Assembly: GCA_963664825.1 (NCBI GenBank)
Contig: OY761614.1
Location: 1,984,001-2,048,000, forward strand
Direction of reading: 5' to 3'
Origin: an uncultured Holophaga sp.
GTDB lineage: Bacteria; Acidobacteriota; Holophagae; Holophagales; Holophagaceae
Length of the DNA: 64,000 nt
This document shows, piece after piece, positions 57,160 through 64,000 of the stretch (position 1 is the first letter of the stretch; each line of letters begins with the position of its first letter). The notes under the pieces are model-generated. The model did not search any database. It was not told the DNA's origin and saw only the letters and a program-made list of their open reading frames with translations. The position numbers and the translations under genes are program-made.

Positions 57160-57960
57160 CTACCGGATGAAGGTCTCTTTGTCGTCGGGCTTGAAGGTGG
57201 AGAGGGCGTAGTCCAGCTTGGCGCTATGGCCAGCCCGAGCCCCGAACTGCCGGGCCGTGCTCTCTTCCGCGAAAAAGGTCAGCAGGTGGATGGGAATGCC
57301 CACGGGGCAGGCCCTGCCGCATTCGCCGCACTCCACGCAGCGCCCCGCCAGGTGCATGGCCCGCACCATGTGGTATTCCAGGTTGCCGAGGGCGTGGCTG
57401 GCCACGGGCACCCACTGGGGGCGGTTGCAGTCCATGGTGCAGTGCTCGCAGTAGCACATGGGGCAGCTGCTGCGACAGGCATAGCACTTCACGCAGCGGG
57501 AGAGTTCCTGCTGCCAAAAGGCCCAGCGCTCCCCGCGGCTCATGGCCTGGAGCTTTCCGATGAGGGCCTTGTCCTCTGGATGCATGACATCGGTCTTGAG
57601 CGCGAGATGTTCCTCGATGGCCGCGCCGCTGGAGAGCGTCTTCAGGGCGCTGCCCTCCAGGGCGAGGGCGATCACGTCGCCATCCCGCAGTTGGCGCTCG
57701 GCCATGAGTTGGAGGATCGCCCGCAGGGTGCAGGGAAGGGCCACCACGGCCAGCTTCCCGAGGCGCTTCACCTCGTGCTTCGTCAGATAGGTGGCTAGGT
57801 TCTGCGTGCAGGCTTCATCCAGCACCAGGCGCTCCGCTTGTTCGGGCGTGCGTGCGAAGTGGGGCCTCCGGGCATCGGCTGTGCCGATGGCGTAGCCCAG
57901 CACGACCTTTACATCGCCCGATTGGAGGAGCTCCATGGCCTTCTGTTTCAGGGCTTCCAT
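57160..57960 (-). CDS. flxC: FlxC-like 4Fe-4S dicluster protein
   Basis: CVKCYACRSSCPMCYC and HLAGRCVECGECGRACP. Confidence 0.82.
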   Translation of the reverse strand: MEALKQKAMELLQSGDVKVVLGYAIGTADARRPHFARTPEQAERLVLDEACTQNLATYLTKHEVKRLGKLAVVALPCTLRAILQLMAERQLRDGDVIALALEGSALKTLSSGAAIEEHLALKTDVMHPEDKALIGKLQAMSRGERWAFWQQELSRCVKCYACRSSCPMCYCEHCTMDCNRPQWVPVASHALGNLEYHMVRAMHLAGRCVECGECGRACPVGIPIHLLTFFAEESTARQFGARAGHSAKLDYALSTFKPDDKETFIR

Positions 57961-57970
57961 GTGGGTCTCC

Positions 57971-58408
57971 TCATTCGACGCCGGTGCTGGCGAGCTGTTT
58001 GTATTCGGCGTAGGGTCCCAGCTTGCGCACGCCATCGGTCACTTCATTGACTAGCTGGGCCCAGCGGGCGCCTTCGGCGGCCGAGACCCAGGAGAACGTC
58101 ACGCGGCTCGTATCGACTCCCATGAAATCCAGGAGATCGCGGAACACCATCCAGCGCCGCCTCGCGTGGTAGTTGCCCGAGGTGTAGTGACAGTCGTTGG
58201 GGTGGCACCCGCTGACGATGACCCCGTCGCTGCCGCGCTGGAAGGCCTTCAGGAGCAGCATGAAATCGATGCGCCCGGTGCAGGGCACCCGCAGCACGCG
58301 CACGTTGCTTTGGTACTTGATGCGCGAGGTGCCCGTCAGGTCGGCGCCTGCGTAGGTGCACCAGTTGCAGACGAAGGCTGTGATCTTGGGCTCGAAAATC
58401 TCGGTCAT
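57971..58408 (-). CDS. flxD: MvhD / FlxD [2Fe-2S] subunit
   Basis: CNWCTYAGAD, PCTGR, GCHPNDCHY and WVSAAEG. Confidence 0.92.
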   Translation of the reverse strand: MTEIFEPKITAFVCNWCTYAGADLTGTSRIKYQSNVRVLRVPCTGRIDFMLLLKAFQRGSDGVIVSGCHPNDCHYTSGNYHARRRWMVFRDLLDFMGVDTSRVTFSWVSAAEGARWAQLVNEVTDGVRKLGPYAEYKQLASTGVE

Positions 58409-58445
58409 GCCTCTCCTCTCCAACATGAAAAACACGCAGTGTTTT

Positions 58446-60437
58446 TCATAGCGTCATGATCTCGGCGTAGAGCTGCTCGTTGCTGAAGCCCTGGAGATCG
58501 ATGGCCTTGGTGCGGCAGGTGGCCACGCAGGTGCCGCAGCCCTGGCAGAGGCCCGGGTTGACCTTGGCCAGGGTCTTGATGACATTGCCGGCCCGGTCCT
58601 TGATCTCCTCCTGCTCGATGGCCTGGTAGGGACAGGCGCTCTGGCAGAGGAAACATCCCACGCAATAACTGAAGACCGGCGCAGGCTGGCGGTTCACCAC
58701 GGCCACGACGGGTTCGCGCGTGAGCTGGTCCTGGCTGAAGAGGCCCAGCACTTTCGAGGCCGCGGCGCTGGCCTGGGCCACGCTCTCGGGGATATCCCGG
58801 GGCGCCTGGCAGGCTCCGGCCAGGAAGATCCCGCCGGTGTTGGTCTCCACGGGGCGCAGCTTGGGGTGGGCCTCGGCGAAGAATCCGTAGCTGTCATAGC
58901 TCACATGGAGGGTCTGGGCCAGTTCCTCGCTGCGGTCGTTGGACTGGATGGCCGTGGCCAGCACCACCATATCGGCCTTGATCTCCACGGGCTCTCCGCC
59001 CATGAGGGTATCGGCGCCCTTCACGATGAGTTGGCCGTCCTCTTCGAAGATCCTGGAGACGCGGCCCCGGATGTATTTGACGTCGTCTTCCTCGATAGCG
59101 CGTCGCACGAATTCGTCGTAGTCCTTGCCCGCGGCGCGGATATCCATGTAGAAGACGTAGGCCTTGCCGCCGTGCACCTTGTGCTTGTAGAGCATGGCGT
59201 GCTTGGCGGTATACATGCAGCAGACCTTGGAGCAGTAGGGCACGCCCTTGCTGCGGTCGCGGGATCCGGAGCAGGCGATGAAGACAACGGTCTGGGGCTC
59301 CTTGCCGTCCGAGGGCCGCTTCATCACGCCCGAAGTGGGGCCGCTGGCCGAGGCCAGGCGCTCGAACTGCATGCCGTCGATGATGTCCCTGTGCTTGCCG
59401 TAGCCGTATTCGGGGAAGGCTGTGGTCTTCATGACCTTGAAACCCGTGGCCAGCACGATGGCGCCGATGTCCAGGGTGACGAGCGTGTCCTCCTGGTCGT
59501 AGCGGATGGCCTGGGTGGGGCAGACCTTGGCGCAGAGCCCGCATTTGCCGGTCTTGAAGAAGGTGCAGTTCACGGTATCGATGACGGGCTTGTTGGGCAC
59601 GGCCTGGGGGAAGGGCACGAATATGGCCGTGCGGGAGCCCAGGCCCTCGTTGAACTCATCACTGATCTTCTTGTTGGGGCACTTCTGAATGCAGAGCCCG
59701 CATCCGGTGCAGAGCTTCTCATCGAGCTTGCGGGCCTTCTTGCGGACAGTCACCTTGAAGTTGCCGATGAAGCCATCGACCTTCTCCACTTCGCTGTAGG
59801 TCATCAGCGTGATATTGGGGTGCTGGGCGGCCTCCACCATGCGGGGCGTGAGGATGCACTGGGAGCAATCGAGGGTGGGGAAGGTCTCCGAGAGCTGGCT
59901 CATGTGGCCGCCGATGCTCGGGGATTTCTCCACCAGGATCACCTTGTGGCCGCCATTGGCGATATCCAGCGCCGTCTGGATGCCGGCCACGCCGCCGCCG
60001 ATGACCATGGCCGTCTTCGTGACGGGCACCTTGATGGGGAAGAGGGGCTGGTTGTGCTTGATCTTCTCCACCAGCACGCGGATGAGATCGGCGGCCTTCT
60101 GGGTGGTGGCCTCGCCCTTCTCATGCACCCAGGAGCAGTGCTCCCGCAGATTGGCCATCTCGCACATGTAGGGGTTCACGCCCGCCTCGCTCACCGCACG
60201 GCGGAAGGTGGCCTCGTGCATGCGCGGTGAACAGGCCGCCACCACCACGCCATCCAGCTTCTGCTCGCGGATGGCCTCCTGGATCATGCGCTGACCGGGG
60301 TCCGAGCACATGTACTTGTAGTCCACGCTGTGGGCCACGCCGGGCACGGACTTGCACATCTCCGCGACCTTGGCGCAGTCCACGGTGGCTCCGATGTTCT
60401 CGCCGCAGTGGCAGATGAATACGCCGATTCGAGACAT
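58446..60437 (-). CDS. hdrA: Heterodisulfide reductase subunit A
   Basis: CHCGENI, YMCSDPGQ, ACSPRMHE, NLREHCSWVH, GGGVAG, TFPTLDCSQCIL, YCSKVCC and ferredoxin motifs. Confidence 0.96.
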   Translation of the reverse strand: MSRIGVFICHCGENIGATVDCAKVAEMCKSVPGVAHSVDYKYMCSDPGQRMIQEAIREQKLDGVVVAACSPRMHEATFRRAVSEAGVNPYMCEMANLREHCSWVHEKGEATTQKAADLIRVLVEKIKHNQPLFPIKVPVTKTAMVIGGGVAGIQTALDIANGGHKVILVEKSPSIGGHMSQLSETFPTLDCSQCILTPRMVEAAQHPNITLMTYSEVEKVDGFIGNFKVTVRKKARKLDEKLCTGCGLCIQKCPNKKISDEFNEGLGSRTAIFVPFPQAVPNKPVIDTVNCTFFKTGKCGLCAKVCPTQAIRYDQEDTLVTLDIGAIVLATGFKVMKTTAFPEYGYGKHRDIIDGMQFERLASASGPTSGVMKRPSDGKEPQTVVFIACSGSRDRSKGVPYCSKVCCMYTAKHAMLYKHKVHGGKAYVFYMDIRAAGKDYDEFVRRAIEEDDVKYIRGRVSRIFEEDGQLIVKGADTLMGGEPVEIKADMVVLATAIQSNDRSEELAQTLHVSYDSYGFFAEAHPKLRPVETNTGGIFLAGACQAPRDIPESVAQASAAASKVLGLFSQDQLTREPVVAVVNRQPAPVFSYCVGCFLCQSACPYQAIEQEEIKDRAGNVIKTLAKVNPGLCQGCGTCVATCRTKAIDLQGFSNEQLYAEIMTL

Positions 60438-60446
60438 CGTTCCTCC

Positions 60447-61316
60447 TCAGACCCGGGCGCCCGCGGCGGCGGTCGGCTTGAATTCCACGGGCACCATGTG
60501 GCGCTGGAGGCCCAGGGTTCCGGGTTCCATTCCCAGGGCCAGTCCGATCACCTGTGTGATGAACAGGACGGGGATCGTCTGTGCCTGGCCCAGGTGCTCG
60601 TTGATCGCCCCCCGGCGCAGATCCAGGTTCGAATGGCACATGGGGCAGGCCACGACGATGGCTTCGGCCCCGCGCTTCACGGCGTCCTGCACCACCCGGC
60701 CGCTGAGCTTGGCCACGATATCGGTGCGCGTGACGCTGAAGGCCGCGCCGCAGCATTCGGTCTTGGAGGGCCACTCCACGGGGGTCGCGCCCACGGAAGC
60801 CACCAGTTCATCCATGCTGCGGGGATCCTCGGGGCGGTCGAAGCGGACCACCCGAGGGGGGCGCACCAGCAGGCAGCCGTAGTAGCTGGCCACGCGTTTC
60901 GTGAAGGGCGTGAGGGTCTGGGCGGTGATCTCTTCCTTGAGGCGGCTCAGCACTTCCAGGATATTGACGATTTTCGCCGTGCCCTTGTAGGGCATCCCGA
61001 TGGCCTTTTCCAGCTCCGGGAGCTTCTCGGGGTGCTGTTCCAGTTCCTGCTGGACCGAGAGCAGGCGGTTGGAGCAGGCGGCACAGGGGGCCAGGATCTC
61101 CGTGAGACCGGCCTGCTCGGCTAGGGCTAGGATGCGGGCCGGGAGCGCCAGCGAAAGTTCGTGGTTCAGCACATGGGCGCTGCTGGCGCCGCAGCAGTTC
61201 CAGTCGGGCACTTCCACCAGTTCCACGCCCAGGGCCTCCAGCACGGCCCGTGTGGATTCGTCGAATTCCCTGGAGGAACCCAGGAGTGAACAGCCGGGAT
61301 AGTAGCCGATTTTCAT
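60447..61316 (-). CDS. hdrB: Heterodisulfide reductase subunit B
   Basis: YYPGCS, WNCCGA, CAAC, YYGCLLVRP, ECCG and CPMCHSNLD. Confidence 0.95.
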   Translation of the reverse strand: MKIGYYPGCSLLGSSREFDESTRAVLEALGVELVEVPDWNCCGASSAHVLNHELSLALPARILALAEQAGLTEILAPCAACSNRLLSVQQELEQHPEKLPELEKAIGMPYKGTAKIVNILEVLSRLKEEITAQTLTPFTKRVASYYGCLLVRPPRVVRFDRPEDPRSMDELVASVGATPVEWPSKTECCGAAFSVTRTDIVAKLSGRVVQDAVKRGAEAIVVACPMCHSNLDLRRGAINEHLGQAQTIPVLFITQVIGLALGMEPGTLGLQRHMVPVEFKPTAAAGARV

Positions 61317-61879
61317 CGTTTCACCCCTTTGCCTGCCGTGCGCTTGAAGAGGGTCTTCATCCCGCGCCGGTTGCTTATCAGGTGCGGGAAGAGGGCCAGC
61401 TTGCCCTTGAAATACATCTTCGGCGCCAGCATCACGTCCTTCAGGAGATGGAGGCTGCGGGCCTTGTAGTCGGCCACCAGACCCACCTCGAAGAGGCGGC
61501 CCGTGTATTCCACCGAATCCAGGAAGGCCCGGTGGAAGGCCAGGATATCCTTCGAACGGGGATGGGCCAGGCCGCGCTGGAGGGCTTCGGAGCGGATGAA
61601 GTCCATGGCCTTCGGGATCTCCACTTCCTGGGGGCAGCGGGTCGAACAGGTCTCGCAGGCCATGCAGAGCCAAATGCCCTCGCAGCGGAGCACCTTCTCC
61701 TCCAGCTCTGGGAATCCCAGTTGCAACAGGCGGAATACCTGGCAGGGAGGCAGGTCCATTTCGTCGGCGACGGGGCATCCCGCGGCGCATTTGCCGCATT
61801 GGTAGCAGTGGGACAGCTTCACGCCGGTAGCCGCCTCCAGGCGCCCAGCCAGGGTATCCAGGGTCGTTCCGCTGCTCAT
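61313..61879 (-). CDS. hdrC: Heterodisulfide reductase subunit C
   Basis: CYQCGKCAAGCP and IWLCMACETCSTRCP. Confidence 0.93.
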   Translation of the reverse strand: MSSGTTLDTLAGRLEAATGVKLSHCYQCGKCAAGCPVADEMDLPPCQVFRLLQLGFPELEEKVLRCEGIWLCMACETCSTRCPQEVEIPKAMDFIRSEALQRGLAHPRSKDILAFHRAFLDSVEYTGRLFEVGLVADYKARSLHLLKDVMLAPKMYFKGKLALFPHLISNRRGMKTLFKRTAGKGVKR

Positions 61880-62021
61880 GTGCTTCCCCCGTTCGTTTGA
61901 ACTTCGGCATGCTTTTGGGGTCGAAGGTCCGGATGGGCGCTGAGGATTTTTCGCGTCCTCACCCCTTGGATGGAATGGGGAGGACGGATGCGCCAAAAGA
62001 TCATTAGAGAATGAAGTGGTT

Positions 62022-62035
62022 GTGATTGCCATCAA
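62022..62035. promoter_or_regulatory. Candidate FNR/Crp-family box upstream of hdrC
   Basis: GTGAT-TGCC-ATCAA, one mismatch to TTGAT-N4-ATCAA. Confidence 0.45.
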
Positions 62036-62202
62036 CCGGCAGTTGGCAAACCCAACAGAGGCGTGGTTTGTGTGGGTTAAATCCAGGAGCCTGTCGAGGG
62101 GGGATCGGCTCACCTTACTCTGGAGCCGGAGGTTTGTATGCCCCGGGTCAGTCCCCTTGTGCCCTTTGTCACCCGGTGGGTGACGGCCATCTATCGATAG
62201 CC

Positions 62203-63153
62203 ATGCTCAACCCATTCTGGAAGAAATCCACAGGCAGCCGCAAGATCCTTCTCCTGTTCGGAGGCGGGCTCCTGGCCGTGCTACTTTGGGGGACCATGTC
62301 CGGTTGGCCCCTCTCCCTTCATCTGCTGCGGTTCTACCCCAAGAAATGGGGCTCCACGGCCGTGGGTTGGGCGGCCCGTCGGGAGCTGCCCCGGTTTCTG
62401 CGCGGGAAGATCCTGGGCGGCTTCGCCCGGGCCTACGGCGTGGACCTGGGCGAGGCGGAGAAGCCCCTGGAGGAATACCCGAGCCTCCAGGCCCTCTTCA
62501 CACGCCGCCTGAGGCCCGGTATCCGGCCCCAGGAGCTGGCCCTGCCGGGCTCCGTGAACAGCCCCGTGGATGGGCGCATCGTTTCCTCTGGGTCCATCGA
62601 GAAGGATAGTGTCCTCCAGGCCAAGGGCCTGCCCTACCGGGTCTCGGAGCTGCTGAAGCACATCCCGGAGCCCGGGCGCTTCGAGGGGGGCCACTACCTG
62701 ACCCTGTATCTGGCGCCCCGGGACTACCACCGCATCCACGTGCCCATCGAGGGCTGCGTCGTGGCCGTGGCGCGGGTGGAGGGCGAACTCTGGCCCGTGA
62801 ACGACGCCAGCACGAATCACGTGCCCCGGCTCTACGAGCGCAATCGCCGGGCCACCTGGCTGGCTCAAGGGACGGGCGCCGACGAGGGCCTGGAGGTGGC
62901 CGCTGTCTGCGTGGGCGCCACCCACGTGGGGAGCGTGGTCCTGGACGCACGCTGGCTGGAGGGCCGGAAGCTGCCTAAGGACGGCGGCTTCGAGGTACAC
63001 GGCCTGCCCTGCATGCCGGGGGAGGATCTGGGCACCTTCGAATTCGGCAGCACGGTGGTGCTGCTTGTGGGGGGGCCGAAAACCCGGGATTGGGCGCCTC
63101 TCCGCACCGAGGGCCCCGTGAGGGTGGGCCAGCGGCTAGGGGCGTACAAGTGA
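62203..63153 (+). CDS. psd: Phosphatidylserine decarboxylase proenzyme
   Basis: FTRRLRPG.RP, SPVDG, QAKG, YLAPRDYHRIH, VGATHVGS and FGST cleavage motif. Confidence 0.92.
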   Translation: MLNPFWKKSTGSRKILLLFGGGLLAVLLWGTMSGWPLSLHLLRFYPKKWGSTAVGWAARRELPRFLRGKILGGFARAYGVDLGEAEKPLEEYPSLQALFTRRLRPGIRPQELALPGSVNSPVDGRIVSSGSIEKDSVLQAKGLPYRVSELLKHIPEPGRFEGGHYLTLYLAPRDYHRIHVPIEGCVVAVARVEGELWPVNDASTNHVPRLYERNRRATWLAQGTGADEGLEVAAVCVGATHVGSVVLDARWLEGRKLPKDGGFEVHGLPCMPGEDLGTFEFGSTVVLLVGGPKTRDWAPLRTEGPVRVGQRLGAYK

Positions 63154-63818
63154 ACGACGATTCCGAGATCTTCCAGGACGAGCCCCTCTGGGAGGAGGGC
63201 GGCGATCTGCCCGGGGCTCTCGAGGCCCTCTTCGTGGCCACGGGGGAAGTGCTGGACCTGGCCAAGCTGCAGGTATTGACCGGCATCCACGAGGGGCCCC
63301 TCCGCCAGGCCCTGGAGAAGCTCCAGGAACGCCTGGTGGCCCCCCGGGGCCTCCGCCTCATCGAGGTGGGGGGCGGTTGGCGCATGGCCACGGCGCCGGA
63401 ATACGCAAGCCTCGTGGCCAAGCTCGTCACGACGCTGCGCAGCGGGCGCCTGACCCCCGCCCAGATCGAGACCCTGGCCATCATCGCCTATCGCCAGCCC
63501 GTGACGATCCCCGAGATCAACGAACTGCGGGGCGTCACCAGCGGCGCCAACCAGGTGAAGAGCCTGCTGGAGCGGGAGATGGTCGTGCCCGCCGGGCGCA
63601 AGCCCGTGGTGGGCCGTCCCATGACCTACGTCACCACCCAGAAGTTCCTCCTGCACTTCGGCCTCAAGAGCCTGCAGGATCTCCCTCGGCTCGCCGATTT
63701 CGGCGAAGGGAACCTGGAGGCCCTGGCCCTGGCCCAGCTCGAACCGCCCCTCCCTCCGGGGAACCTCTTCGAGGGATTGGACGAAGACTCCCTAAACGAA
63801 GATCCGGATGGTGCGTGA
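63150..63818 (+). CDS. scpB: SMC-Scp complex subunit ScpB
   Basis: LEALFV, EVGGGWRM.T, ETLAIIAYRQPVT, RGV, GRP..Y.TT..FL.HFGL.SL.DLP; GTG start overlaps the psd stop. Confidence 0.93.
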   Translation: MNDDSEIFQDEPLWEEGGDLPGALEALFVATGEVLDLAKLQVLTGIHEGPLRQALEKLQERLVAPRGLRLIEVGGGWRMATAPEYASLVAKLVTTLRSGRLTPAQIETLAIIAYRQPVTIPEINELRGVTSGANQVKSLLEREMVVPAGRKPVVGRPMTYVTTQKFLLHFGLKSLQDLPRLADFGEGNLEALALAQLEPPLPPGNLFEGLDEDSLNEDPDGA

Positions 63819-63874
63819 ACAGCCGTGAGAATCCCCTCACTCACGCTTGTGCTGTCTCCTTTGAAAGGAGTTCC

Positions 63875-64000
63875 ATGGCCAAACATCTTCCCCCCCGCGG
63901 GGCCCTCTGTGGCGCCTGCCTTTTCGCCCTGGCCGCTTCCCTTCCGCTGATGGCGGGGAGTCCGGTGGTTCAGCCCAAACGCTACGAGGTCCGCGATTTC
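63875..64000 (+). CDS. Start of a secreted protein, 3'-truncated by window edge
   Basis: AAAGGAG RBS, then MAKHLPPRGALCGACLFALAASLPLMA signal-like sequence; frame open to the window end. Confidence 0.6.
   Translation, partial: MAKHLPPRGALCGACLFALAASLPLMAGSPVVQPKRYEVRDF

Noticed and set aside
58409..58449. Selenocysteine readthrough at the hdrA TGA followed by a hairpin
   Set aside because: HdrA is already complete, the TGA is not at a Cys position, and readthrough is out of frame with flxD.

Overview
GC-rich bacterial chromosomal window with about 50 CDS. Gene content and style suggest an anaerobic Acidobacteriota of the Holophagae (Geothrix/Holophaga-like); this is an inference. No rRNA, tRNA, CRISPR array or intact mobile element was seen. 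In order, the blocks are: (1) a GH27 glycosidase, a eukaryote-type alanine aminotransferase, an SDR and a propeller-GGDEF diguanylate cyclase; (2) tandem MFS genes, a geranylgeranyl-reductase-family gene, dus, a double TonB_C protein, a MEMO-family protein and a hybrid kinase; (3) a kynB-like cyclase, an NFACT protein, an M1 peptidase and a B12 radical SAM enzyme; (4) a lower-GC type IV minor-pilin cluster (fimT-pilV-pilW-pilX-pilY1) followed by a fibro-slime lipoprotein; (5) a SPOR protein and a KS / KS-like / fabZ trio; (6) a modular CE8 pectinesterase lipoprotein with three 222-bp repeats; (7) a split complex I locus, nuoABCD / marR-yceI-CDGSH / nuoEF, with a 32-bp duplication of the nuoD 3' end resembling an att scar; (8) dat, a HEAT/S12 hydrolase fusion and azlCD; (9) a two-SPFH + DUF2835-like operon; (10) a complete hdrCBA-flxDCBA operon; (11) psd and scpB. 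All calls rest on motif recognition by eye, with no database searches.
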